DNA of 59,587 bases, filler included, from Sphacelaria rigidula (taxonomy: Eukaryota), in the NCBI GenBank assembly GCA_964200075.2. It is 7 parts of 7 records of this genome, joined end to end, with 100 filler letters (N's around TTAATTAATTAA, not from the genome) between each part and the next. Parts side by side here need not be neighbours in the genome. Positions count along the whole stretch, not along the records: positions 42,636 to 51,061 come from CAXNAA020011174.1; positions 51,162 to 59,587 come from CAXNAA020011175.1; 5 more parts are not named here. One strand, given 5' to 3'. The translations under genes were made by a program, and so were the position numbers. Each line of letters begins with the position of its first letter. Within the stretch, counting starts at the first letter, position 1. Shown here piece after piece: positions 47,600 to 59,587 of this stretch. The notes below the pieces were generated by a model that worked only from the letters and a program-made list of their open reading frames with translations, had not been told where the DNA came from and ran no database searches.

Positions 47600-50400
47600 T
47601 CACAAAGGCATACTCGGCGCAAACCGTGCTGTCACTCCCTCAATCGCTGGTACCGTGATTGCCGAAACCGGGAGCGCGTACCCGCGTATCCTCGCATCCT
47701 GGTCAGTACGATCGATGGATGCTGCGGCGAGAACAACCATCACCAGGGTTTTCTAGCCGTATTCCTTGTTGTTTTCAGAGTTGTCTTCGTCGCCGGCGTC
47801 GGGTTCGAATACGGGATATGACTGCCGGCATCGACGGGAGACCACCCTGCGTCGTCACGGCCACCGGCAAACTCGCCGTCTTCACCCGGCTCGTTAGACG
47901 ATGGTGCGGTCTCGGTGGCACCATGCGCGGTCTTGCTGTCGTGGCCGGGCCTGTCCCGGAAGCCTGTCGTACAGTGGAGTAATCGGGGGTCTTTTCTCCG
48001 TGCGGCCAACAGCTCATCGACACACCTAACGCCAGAAAGAAAAACGGCATGACACCTGGTTACTTCAACTCTCGTGTGGTGTTAACAAGTGTATGGTGTA
48101 TGCGTCGCTACAAATATGATTTGAAACCAAAATGAACTATATTATGTTCCCTTGTTACAAAACTCAATAGTCCAAACCATCCCACCCCAACGCAACTCCA
48201 ACCCCCACTCCGAAATATTGTATTTTATATTATTTATAATGGCGCGGAACAACAAATTGCAGGAATGTTTGAGTTTCGGGTTGGGGTTTGATCGTTTTTG
48301 TTTGGGAAAGGGACCACAATATGATCGTTCTCGCGCCATGCATACACCACCACGATACGTAATGAAAAGGTGCTGGCGCCGGGTGACGAGTGTGCAGAAA
48401 CACCCAATGTTCATCAGCAGTCTATGCAACAGTGTATACCCTGCAGTACGTTTGTGATATTTTCGCAGGTGGCGTTTGTCTAAAGTTTTCACGCATGCCA
48501 CCGCTCATCCCAGAGAATATTCGATCCTCAAGTTTGGGGATCGAAATATACCATGCATACACTCCACAATATTGAAAAACTGACGGGCTGAAGTGATATT
48601 GGGGGACACTGCGGCTACGGAGTCGTAGCTTATGACCCTTCGGTGTTTTTGCTCGATCGAAGCAATCCATGGAGGCAGCTCAAACCGTCGCTGTAAACAA
48701 ATGAAGTGGGGTTTTGTTTCATCTACCATCACCTGTTCTTTGCGCTAGAGTCGGAACACTTTGAGTTTTGGACCAGTGACGGTCGACATCCTCCGATGGA
48801 CGACGTGTTTACTCCGCCCTAGTCCGACCGACAACAACTTGAGGATTGTGCCATGAGGATGACCTGCTGCTGTTTCCAAAATCTCGATAGACGCTAGGAA
48901 TTTTCAGAGGTGAAATAATATACCACACACTTCAGAAACTTACCCGAGTACGAGAATTGCCGGACCGTGCAGAGCATAGCATAATCTTGACAGCTCTCGT
49001 GAACAAAATGCAGATCGTTATTTTTCATTTCAACATATACGTTGCGCTACAGCCGTGGACATATCAGTTTAGGACCCAAAATGGTCAAAACGATCCCTGT
49101 CAATTCGGCTCGTAGGTAGTTCGCTATAGAGTACAGAGATGATTTTATTTCGAAACGTGAAGCGTATGCCTGGTGTCGCCTCATCTCCAACTCTGGGGAT
49201 CAAACGTGCTCCACGATGAGCGGTGGTATACCGAAACCTACTGAAAATCGTCTCATAGATTTTTTGTTCCAAGAACCTCCTGGGTTTAGCTGGAAACCAA
49301 TCACCAATGTACAGATAATTGACCTCGCACCGGGTTGCTTCGCCAGGTGAGGGCAGATGAACTGCGTCCGGTTCGTGCTGCAGGGAGAGATCTGTTGCCG
49401 TAAGTTATCTCAGTCCCAACGCTGAGTGACTTCCTTTCGTGAAGAACCCCAGCATCTAGTTTCACATCCTAAATATCATCGAGGCAGTGAAATGACGTCA
49501 TGGAAGTAGAGGGTCAGGGTATACAGACGTCCTGTCAAACACTTGTGCGCACCAACGGTCGAGAGACAACGCCAATGCCTGTACTGGTGAGTGATATGGT
49601 CAAAATGTGCGTCCTTTGCCCAGGAGCAGTATTAATTACTGTGATATCTCAGGAGGCTATCCCTCTGTACTTCTAACACTCACTCTGTCTGAAACGCCCG
49701 CTTGGTTGCAGGTGCGTATCCCCCGTTGTTCATGGATGCACAGGGCTCGCCAATCCTCTCTGAATTCACTCCCGAACGTTCAAGTTTCATGTGTAGCTTT
49801 GACACTCCCATCTCTACCAGCGCGAAGGTCAGGGTTGGAGCACTCACCTGTGAATGGACAAGAACACGTCGACAAAAGGCAATTTATTCTCAAGGCAGAT
49901 GCTCATGTGAAAAAAGTAGCATTTCCCAATTAACGATTTGAGTCGTTGGTTTAAGCCCGATAGTACAAAAAGTGCATCTGTATGGGACCTAAATGTAATA
50001 GCCGGCAAGGATTGATCCAGGTGCCTTGATTATGAGTTCATTTCTGCGTGGGGGGCAACAGCGCATCTGTATTCAGGGATTGGAACGAGAATGCTCGGTA
50101 AAGCATAATGCCTTCATTTGTTATTATGTACCTCGCGTGACATGCAGTTCATGTGTGTGATACCCGCGATGAACGCTCGACATACATTAGGCAGATGTTT
50201 CGGTTTTGGAACGTTTGATCCAGCTTTTCGCACCCAAACAGGGAACATCGCCATGGGATATCTTGAACATTCGCATCACCCCATCGAGATGACTCACCTT
50301 CCCGATCCGCCTGGCTCGAGACTTCGACAACAGACTCTAGGCAAAAATCTAACTGCACATGAACAAATACGGCGCCTGCAGTTAATGCAGGTATTTTGAG
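47600..50400 (-). pseudogene. Decayed, possibly intron-containing coding remnant of unknown family
   Basis: Fragmented minus-strand frames with splice-like signals. CGATCCCCAAACTT..GGATCGAAT.TTC is shared with 40513-40550 (IPKLxDRxFxxMSG). Confidence 0.35.
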
Positions 50401-51455
50401 ATTTCTCCTCGTCGTCGTGTTTTTTCATGTTAAATTGGATTTTCGGAAAGGTGGTCTAGGCTCGTCTCGGTGGGTTGATGCGGAGTGTCCAAGACAAGTG
50501 GTGATGGCAATCCCTGTTCGGCGGCCAAAAAGTATAATAAACGCCCCAGAACTGAAAAACCAAGCGAAAAAAAGAATTAGGAAACGGGGCCACTCTTTAC
50601 TTGTAAAAAAAAACGACATCCTGTAAACTTGATTTTTTCGGCCCTTTTCCATCGTTTTACGTCAGAGAGGGCTACGCGAATGTTGACCCCTTGGAATGAC
50701 TTGCTCTACTCGTTGAGACCGTTCCAGGGCATCTTTGCGTTTTCCGGTGGCAAGAGTTCATTTCTGGCCAAAGTTGTGTTTTCAACAATAAACGACCAAG
50801 TTATGAGAAATGTCACCAACTACGTCAGTTCTCATGTGTTGAAAATGTTCTTGTTAAAAAGTGCATTTTCGCCCTTCTTGGTTTCAAGCCCGAAAAGAGG
50901 GCTGAGCGGATGTCACTCGAAAGGATTTTTTTTCACTTGTTTACCCGTTCGATGGCTCCGTTGCGTTTAACGGTGACCGCATTCAACAGTGTTTTCGTGA
51001 GATTGAGAGTAGATGACACGATTGAGAGTGAAAAGCAGTCAATCAGTGAATGAATCGTTTCNNNNNNNNNNNNNNNNNNNNNNNNNNNNNNNNNNNNNNN
51101 NNNNNTTAATTAATTAANNNNNNNNNNNNNNNNNNNNNNNNNNNNNNNNNNNNNNNNNNNNCAGCCCAACGAGCACGAGTGCCACGAGTGCCACTCGTGC
51201 TCGTCCGACGTATGCAATATTCCTGTTAGCATCTTCGGCGATCCAGCTCTTATAGCACCGAAAATGATCCAGCTTTAATAGCACCGAAAATGGATGTCAG
51301 CATTGAGCGACTGGCGATACTGTTCCGAAAGGAGGCCCGCCTGCATATAGCCGAAAAGCGTCATAATAATCACGCCGCTTGTGAAACACCGACAGCCGAC
51401 AGCTCTAATCGCGCCGCGCGTGAAACATTCACACACATCATGACCGCAACAGTAC

Positions 51456-51912
51456 CTGCATCCGCCTCCGCATCCACCATGGACTCGCCCATTCCTTCCG
51501 ATGCCATTCTCAGCGAAGTATGGCCTCGACGTTTGCTCCTGGCATGCGCTCTACTGTAGCATGCTCTGCTCCGGTTGCTGCGGCTATTACTAATGCCTAG
51601 CTGTTGTTGCTGTGTCGAACTTCCAGAGCTCGAGTGAGCTGGCCGCATGAACGTCGCGGGACATCCCGTTGACAGCGACGACTGTGTTGCTGACGCCAAA
51701 GGTTGACAGCAGCCTAGCAAGTGCCCAGTGGTCGTTGGTGGGAAGAGAAACGCTGTTGTATAGTTGGGCAGAAAACTCACCGCCGCGAGTAGCACGAGCG
51801 ACAGTACGGTATCCTCCAGATGACGGAGCATCGCTCGTCCTTTTGTGCTTGATCGCCGAGCTGCTGTTGCACCTCTGCTGGCTCTGCTGGCATACATGAT
51901 GGTCGAATACAT
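51456..51912 (-). CDS. First exon of a probable plastid-targeted protein; start codon uncertain (51912, 51897 or 51831)
   Basis: Hydrophobic VLSLVLLAAVSFLP, then TTAFL, an S/T/R-rich transit-like stretch ending SLRMASE, and a G|GTACTG donor. Confidence 0.65.
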
Positions 51913-52396
51913 GCACAGCAGAGCGAAGCTCAGTGCCTATACAGTCGATGTGGTGGAGTGCAAGCAGCACCACAGCAATTCTCTCTTTTTTCTTTAGACT
52001 TCGAGGGTCGGTGTCGGCACCGACGCGTGGCGTGTTGAGTTCTACGAGCAGCACTAGCTACTGTTGTCGTCGTTGCTGAGGCCGTGGCAATACAGTTGGC
52101 CATTATCCATGGACATTTTCTTCTTGGAAAAATGGTAATAGCAATCAAGTGCGCCATCACTTTGAGCGTGCCGCCGCTGTAAGAATTTTCCGTTCCTCGA
52201 TTTTATGAAAGAGTAATCCATGTGTTAGGTTTGAGTACAATTGATCGACTATTTGCATCCCTCAGCCCTAGGATGTTCACTGACAACGGGTTTAGTCAGG
52301 CAGACTGATGTGGTACGCATCTGTTCATGTTTGAATTGCCCAGCAGGCAGTCTCCTTCTCGATTTCCCACTGGGATCGATTAGTCTCGAACACGAC

Positions 52397-52552
52397 ATGG
52401 CGAGACCGGAGCGATCACTGCTGGTGATTGTGATGTTTCTAGCGGTATGTAGTGTGGGCGTGTGGGCGTTTTCTCTGGTGCCCAATGGAGTAGCGCTGAT
52501 GGCTAAGCACCGACAACATCTTGCTACATCATCTCGTACAGCAGCTCGGCAG
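52397..52552 (+). CDS. First exon of a second probable plastid-targeted or secreted protein (MARPERSLLVIVMFLAVCSVGVWAFSLVP...AARQ)
   Basis: ACATGG start context, signal peptide plus VWAF, and a CAG|GTGCAA donor. Candidate later exons at 53091-53142 and 56450-56556 are unconfirmed. Confidence 0.6.
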
Positions 52553-54109
52553 GTGCAACTAACGAACTGCATCAAAAACATTTTCGCTGTTGTGCTGCCT
52601 ATACTGCACTGACCTGTACTGATCCGAGAGTGCGGTGCGTTACGACAGGTGGCTTGCCATTGCTATATGTACACAAGCGCATGAATTCACGTCTGCATTT
52701 CTGACCTGTTGTTCTTGCTCTATGTGGAATGTCAAGGGTTCGCCTGTACGCCCCTTGTTGCATAGGATACTCTACTGTCAGTACACTACAGGCAGTATAA
52801 GAGCAGTCCCAGGTAATTGCACCGCAATTAGTTGCAGTGACGTAGGATCGCAGATGAAGATCTTAACGACCACCTCGAAAGGCGTGAAAATCTCCAAAGG
52901 TTACAAGCGCAGTTGTGGATTATAGTTGTTGGCTTGTGTTGGAGCAAGTGGCATTGTGACAAGCCCAAAACTGATCTGCTCATTCGTATTCCCGCCTTGA
53001 CCCGGACCAAGGCGGGCACCACCTTTCTGCGGGTTTCGGTGTCACGTGCGGTACATTACTATACTGTTATACTGTTGCACTCTCGACAAGGTAGTAGAGG
53101 TCAGGGGTGGTGGCGAAAAAAAAAGCCTTGCCGTTGGGCGGGGTGCGTGAAAAACCCACCTTGTTGTTGGCGGAGGTCCGCGATTAGACGTGTGACGATG
53201 GACCATAGCAAAACTCGCCTTCTTGGGGAAAATTTCTTGACAAGGCGAAAACACCCGCCGATTTGATGGTCCCATCTCATCAGGTGAAACCTTCACAGTA
53301 CGCTCGCCGTATCGTCTGATATTCGACACTGATCGTGTGTACTGACTGCAGCGTTGTGTGTTTGCACCGTGCAGTGCCACCACAACAATGGCAAGTAAGA
53401 ATCGCCGACCTCAGTAAAATTTCTCCGTTGATGCAGAGTACTGTGAGACAGGCCCGACCGTCTTGTGTAGTTTCCGAAACTGTTTTTTCGCGCTTCAGGA
53501 TCAGGACGGCAAGGGGAAGAGAAGCTCATCATAACACAAATTTCATCTTGAAGAAAAGCCCAGGTTGAATTTTTTAATTTTTCAGGATCGAAGTCCTCAG
53601 TTGAGCCCTCCATCCTAAATTCTGAAGTGCCGCTTCAAAACTCAGGATGCAACGAAGAGCAATCACCGCCACCCCCACCTTCCACTGTCACAGCCAGTTC
53701 ACCATCAATATCCTAACAAGCGCGACGGGACATGCATCACAACTCTCATGTTTATCACGATGGACCAGTCACGAAGTAGTAACGCGTGGCATCGTAGATA
53801 GGGGACCTCCCTACCTCCGCCACGGTGTCCGCATTCGCTTTGTTGTGTAGCGTGAAATTCAAATGCTCGGTGTGCATAAGAGGTTGCCTCGGGTACAGCT
53901 CCTCACTATTGACAGCCTCGTGTATGTTCGGCTGGAAGATGACGGTATGAACAATTTGTAGGCTACCGCGCAGCAGCAATGCTGTACCTAGTTGCATCGC
54001 CGTTTCGTGAGAGTTAGTTCATGATGTCTTTGACCACCCTTGTGGGTGGCAGGTTGCAAAATCGTTGTCATGCAGTCTTGTCTGTTCTTTGGAAATACCG
54101 CCGTGCTTC

Positions 54110-54285
54110 ATGTACCGTACCGCTGCATGTACCGTACCGCTGTACCGTACCGCACCGCAATGTACGACAGTGCCGTGCATTGCACTGTTCGGTGCTGTAT
54201 TGTACACTGCACTGTTGTACGGTACGGTACCGTACAGCAGGGTACAGCAGGGTACGGTACAATAGCAATGTACTGTCTGTACTGG
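54110..54285. repeat. Degenerate pentamer simple repeat (GTACC/GTACG/TGTAC)
   Basis: tgtaccgtaccgc...accgtaccgc...gtacggtacggtaccgtac. Confidence 0.85.
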
Positions 54286-54819
54286 AGACTCGCTAATGCA
54301 CGATGCTGTGCTGACTTGCGCATGTTCGAATTGGATGGTTGATGACACCTTTGGCGGGGCAACCTGCGACCAATCACTGTAAACGATGGAGTAACGTCAA
54401 CCCACGTCACGTCAGCTTTCGTCCTGAAGTTTTCAGCTTCCATTCTCAAGTTTTTGAAACCTTCCATCCTAATTTGTTTTCGTCCTGACCCTGAAACAAA
54501 ATCTGGATTTTTCCGAAGCTATCTATTATCGCAGGATGTGATGGTGCCAAGAGCGATTGTTGGTCGCCGCGCGTGAACCAATCCTTTCACACTCTGGACA
54601 ATAGACACAATCATAGTCCATTGCTTAAGCAATAGACACGGGGGAAAACCTATCGATACATATTGTCGAACACGATAAATGGTGAAACACATCTATCGAT
54701 ATGCATTGCAAGGGACAATAGATGTTACAATAGTCGTTCGATGGAATATGGCAATTACAATAGATAAAGATCACTTGCCATCGATGAATATCGTGTGCTG
54801 CAATAGATTCCGGGATGTA

Positions 54820-56240
54820 CATGTCGATAGCCATTGCCGTAATTAATAGGTTTGGTGAGCCATCCATCGATAGCCATTGCCGTTATCAATAGATTTGGCG
54901 AGCCATCCATCGATAGTCATTGCCGTCATCAAAATATTAGATGACCCATCTACCAATACCAATTGCCGCCATCAAGGAATTTCGTGAGCCTTCCATCGGT
55001 AGCCTCTGCCGCCAATGATACATTGACGGGCATCGATCAATATGGGCATTGCCGTCAATAATCGGTTGTTCTCGGGAGTACCTATCGATAGCTAGTGACG
55101 CGAGCGATAGGTTATGAAAAATATATTGCTCACTGCAGTGGTCTTATGATATCAACGGCAATGCCCCTCATACATGAACACGCAGCTACCTGAGGCGATA
55201 ACTGGCCATAGCTTCTGTGGAATAAGGTGGAAATATACACCGAAAAAGTGCATACATTGCGCTCGTGATCGACGCCATTCAGCTCCTTTTGTGGCCAGCA
55301 ATAGATATTATTGATGGCCGCGATTCAGATTATTTTGTGACCAGTAATTGACATTGGTGGGCGCAATTTGGATCTTACTGTGACCAACAACATGTATTGG
55401 TGGCCGCGTGGCAGTTCCTACTGTGACCAACAATATATATCGGTGGCCGCGTGACGGATCCTGTTGTTATTAGCAACAGACGTTGGTGGCCGCAATTCAG
55501 AGCCTATTGCAGCAAATAAAATGTATCGATAGACAACTTGACCCCTCCATTTTCACGGCAATGATACGTCCTGTCCCTAGTCCCGAATGTATTGTGGCCT
55601 ACAATAGCTATCGATAGACATTGATGCCAGTCGATTATGACTGATAATGAACATTGACAGTCAAATTTTCGGGGCTATTGCAGCGTCAATGTTCAATGAC
55701 ATGGTCTATTGTCCAGGGTATAAGCACATCTCACCCACACACAGAAGTACTGTAAGCGCTCGTGTCCATCAGAGTGACAACCATAAGTACCAACACCACA
55801 CCAACAAAAAACTTGTAAACTCTTGTCCACAAATATTGCGGATTCCTCCAAAATACAAGCGTTCCAAAATTGTAAAAACGTGACGTCATGTATTCACAAG
55901 TAGTATCATCATATACCCACTGCATGCCCACCTGCGGCTTCTCTACTATACTTTAACGGAGTAAAATATGCTCTGTATGTAGTATGTTGCAATGTACTGT
56001 AGGTGTGGCAACGGACGACAGAGAATATCTATCGGTAGGCATTATATACCACAGTAGATTCTGGTATGTATCTATCGGTAGTCATTGCTGCCATGCATAG
56101 ATTTTGTACGCAATCTATCAAGAGCCGTCATCAATAGGTTTGGTATACAATGTCAGCAGCCATCGTTGCGATCAATAGGTTTGGCACGCGGTCTATCGAT
56201 AGCCATTGCCGTCATCACTAGATGTGGAAAACTATCAATC
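54820..56240. repeat. Degenerate 38-41-bp minisatellite blocks (54820-55070, 55290-55520, 56025-56240)
   Basis: Units CATCGATAGCCATTGCCGT.AT.AATAG.TTTGG and GGTGGCCGC...GTGACCAACAA. Confidence 0.75.
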
Positions 56241-57484
56241 GATACATTTGGTCGACCGCAATAAATTTCGGTGTAATGCCACAACAGACTGCTGCCCGGA
56301 CAAAAGTGTGAGAAACTGATCCATCGGTAGACATTGCCGACGACAATAGAAGGAAAAACTTGTCGATCGATGGCCATCACGGACGGCAATATTGGCATCT
56401 ACTGCAGCAGATTCTATTGCTATTGCAATAGATGCCGTATGTTGTCCAGGGTGTGGATCCTTCGCGAACTCGACCGTAGCCACAAGATGCTGTACTGTAG
56501 ACGATGCCAAGCTGAACACAGGGAAACCTGGTGGAGGAAAATCGAAAAGAGATAAGGTGAGAAAGAAAAAGAGCAACATATTTAAGCATAAACAAGAAGT
56601 ACGAACAAAACGGCAGATACGGCTTTGGGTATGATTGGTTGGTTGATTTGCTGCTGATTGTCGTACATGAACCCGTTCGTGCCCCAGTGGATGCTAGTAC
56701 TTTCATAACATGAATGTAGAGTTGACATTGTCTTTTTTATTTCCCGGTGGTGCTACACCAATTATATCAGAAGAGGGCGCAGTGAGCGGCCAGCGACCGA
56801 GAAACGGGCACTTATTTTTCTGTTCGCAGAAGATGCCCCCATTCAATAACCAAACAATCATTCGGAGAGGGCAAATATGACATGGATGTACTACTTTAGA
56901 AGAGATATCTCAAACTCGGCTCCCGCTATCCTGGTTGGTTTTGTTCTATTTTTTCAAGTGAAAGTGATGGCGATTCATCAGATGGTGAGACCCTCTGACC
57001 GCCAGGTCAGGTCCTACTATGAATCGCGATCACTTTCACTTGAGAAAATATAACACAGCTCAGAACCAGCGAATATACCGGGATACTGGGCGCTGAGTTT
57101 GAGATACCTCTATATAGACGGCCCGGGTATTTCCAGGATCAAAATGAGTTGATTTTTGTGGAATAAAAATAATGAGTCATCTGGTTGAGACAATCCCTGT
57201 TAAACCCCCCAGGCAAAAGGCCTACCCCTACCGTGGACGCAACTCGTGCAAATTTCTTACACCCACAAGCAGCTGAGAGATCACGTGAACCGAGCCCTCG
57301 CGATGACTGCACTGCACAGAGGGTGGTACTAAAGTACAGCTTACCCCCTTCAGCCGCGGCTGGCAGCAGCGTGCCCGTGGGCAACAGCTGCCAGCACCTA
57401 CGGCACACAGCCTGGTGCACACATCAAAAAGTACAGCTCTTCGCATATTCGCTGTAGTGTACTATACTGTAATGCCCTCCAGAA

Positions 57485-57870
57485 GCCGGTCGCCCCGGTG
57501 GCTCAGGTGGTAACCTCGGAATCTTCTGACGGGTGAGGCGTGGGTTCGCATCTCCGGGAGGTCACACGATCTGGGATCTTTTCTCACATCATGTCCAACA
57601 GCGGAGAACGACTTTTTCGTGAGTACACAAGGTTCGACTTCACGGTTGACGAGGGAAAGAGAGTGCTGAATCCTTCCCGCGATTGAAAGTAAGGCAAGCA
57701 CCGCAGAAGGGAAGGCGAAGCCCTGAAAAAAAAAAGAAGCTCCTGTGTTGACCTTCCCCCCTTCTGTGTGTCTCCGGCTTATGCACTCCCACACATACCG
57801 AATGGCGTAGACTGGCGTTCAGAATAGATGGGGTGGCATCAACACACACACATTATGTACTGTACTGCAC
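57485..57870 (+). mobile_element. Full-length tRNA-derived SINE (about 380 bp) with a (CA)n/simple-repeat tail
   Basis: A-box TGGCTCAGGTGG (57499-57510) and B-box-like GGTTCGCATCT (57543-57553). The body is shared with four other copies in contigs 2 and 4. Confidence 0.8.
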
Positions 57871-59400
57871 GCTCGTTGTCGGCTATCACCCCCCGAGACA
57901 TGTCGTTGTTACCCTGACTTGGCTTTGGAAGACACGTGTGTCGATGGCAGGGTCAGGTGCAGGTGGGCGTGTAACTCTACGGTGTGGTGCAGTGGGATGC
58001 TGTGCGGCTCTGCGCTGTATCACCACCGTACTATACTGCTGGCGCATTGATTGTGGCCGGTGGGGTATGCCTGGGTGCACTCTGTACGTGCTTTCGGCTG
58101 TTTGTGACGGTGGTGCCCAAAGGAGTTAGGCTCTCACAGCCACATCTCATCGACACAGACGAGTTGGGCCGTGATCCGCATATCGTACCAATCGTCTGAT
58201 CAAGGGCAAGGTGCTCATCTGCTAAAAAATTTGGGCGTTTTTTTCTCGTTGGTTAAACCCCATGTTGTGTAAATCCCATACCGTAGGGAGATAGCGTTCA
58301 TACTAAAGTCTGCATAGAACCCCGAGCGATATATACAACGGGCGATGACGATTTTTGGTGTGGACATTCTCTGCCACGGGGAAACGATCGATACTCTCAT
58401 CTTCACCTAATTCGTTATCTATTCCGAGATATGGCGCACATAATGTTCCATACGAGAGTCAACATATTACGATCAGAGGCACTAAATGCACTGAATCCGG
58501 ATATCGCGTCTCATTTTTCAAGAGCTGTGCTTCGAAATTTCGTATGGAGAATTGCTAGTGCATAATGAAATAAAAACTAACATTTTTCAGTTTCATTTTC
58601 TTCATTTTTAAGGGCATTTCAAGGAAAAATGAACTTTGTTCTCGGACCTTACCTCAGTTTTTAGCTCAATTTTTAGAATTGTGATGCGAAACGTAGCATG
58701 GAGAATCGCAAAGGCATGCTGAAAAAAAAGTGAGCCTTCATTTTTTTCGGAGAGGTATGGGCGTTCTCGTGAAAATATGGTCTTCACTACGCTAAAACGT
58801 CCCAAACAAGTGAAGACAAGAATAAAAACCAACCTGTCCCACGCTTTTGGTTCATTATGGCCTAGCGAGGTCCCACACAAAATTTTTAAATCACAATTAC
58901 GAGACCTGGGCCGGTAAATGGCCTGAAAAATACTGTTGCGAATTTCGCCCGGCCCGGTATCTGAATCGCCCCGCCTCATCTCAATTTTGAGAGTTGTACT
59001 CCCAAATTTGGTACGGAGAATGAATAGGGCACACCAAAGTATTTTGTCCGGGACCGGAACTTTTTTTCGTGAGTTACCGGCGTTCCCCCGAAAGCTTGGT
59101 AGTGATTATTGTTGCCATTAACTCATCAAGACAAGCATACTTTTTGATTATGTCCTATTCATTCCCCGTACCAAATTTGAAAGTCCAACTCTCAAAATTG
59201 AGGTGAGGCGGGGTCTGCAAACCACAAATTCGCGTCTAGGCCGGTCCAACTCGCCCGAATCTCGAAGAACCCACTCGTGTTCACAAGGGGACCGTGCAAC
59301 ACTCGCAAATTGGAAACTCCATAAGGGGAAAGAGGTAAAACGGAAGGAGAGGCAGACCAGTCGGAGTGATCTGACCCTCCACCCCTCCCCTTATTCCCAA

Positions 59401-59587
59401 GCTCCGTCTCGAAAGGGATGCGTGGTCAATGGTCAAACGACTAAGGCAAGCAACAAATGAGTCCCCCCCCCCCTCGTCCCTAGGTTGGAGGTGTCTCTAG
59501 TAGGAGTAGGAAAGGCTCTCCGTCTCGAAAGGGATGCGTGATCAATGGTCAAATGACTAAGGCAAACAGCAATTGAGTACGCCCCCC
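59401..59587 (+). repeat. Two tandem copies of an abundant short repeat ending ATGAGTACG-(C)n; other copies at 8528-8551, 12954-13020, 17055-17101 (-) and 32886-33950
   Basis: Consensus CTCCGTCTCGAAAGGGATGCGTGGTCAATGGTCAAACGACTAAGGCAAGCAAC..ATGAGTACGCCCC. Confidence 0.85.

Noticed and set aside
52791..52811. 21-bp micro-exon candidate (CAG|GCAGTATAAGAGCAGTCCCAG|GT)
   Set aside because: It would introduce a TAA stop in the phase set by the upstream exon.
54820..55070. CRISPR-like periodic repeats (also 17600-17990 and the 43100-43440 subrepeats)
   Set aside because: The units are degenerate and contiguous with no unique spacers, there are no cas genes, and the context is eukaryotic.
57485..57565. 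Functional tRNA gene
   Set aside because: A and B boxes are present, but there is no convincing cloverleaf or T-run terminator, and it is fused to a dispersed repeat body.

Overview
Eukaryotic, intron- and repeat-rich genomic DNA. A brown alga or other photosynthetic stramenopile is inferred from kb-scale GT-AG introns and from N-termini that look like a signal peptide plus an ASAFAP-like 'AF' motif. The window is not one locus. It is seven contigs of 8426-8427 bp joined by identical 100-bp spacers (N44-TTAATTAATTAA-N44), so no linkage across spacers can be assumed. Host genes: four phase-consistent exons of a myosin heavy chain (contig 2), four exons of an unidentified low-complexity/coiled-coil protein (contig 4), two head-to-head first exons of probable plastid-targeted proteins (contig 7), and one orphan exon (contig 1). 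Mobile DNA dominates. It includes a full-length decayed Ty3/Gypsy chromovirus with 261-bp LTRs (contig 3) and a second decayed Gypsy pol (contig 5). There are also non-autonomous TIR elements with visible target-site duplications (piggyBac-, hAT-, Sola-like and Ginger-like), a tRNA-headed SINE family, LINE 3' ends, a roughly 860-bp foldback palindrome, and mini- and macro-satellites. I found no intact novel multi-gene system. The best leads are unclassified decayed transposase-like remnants with weak GCM/MULE/Ulp1-like motifs, and several small, cleanly delimited TE families.
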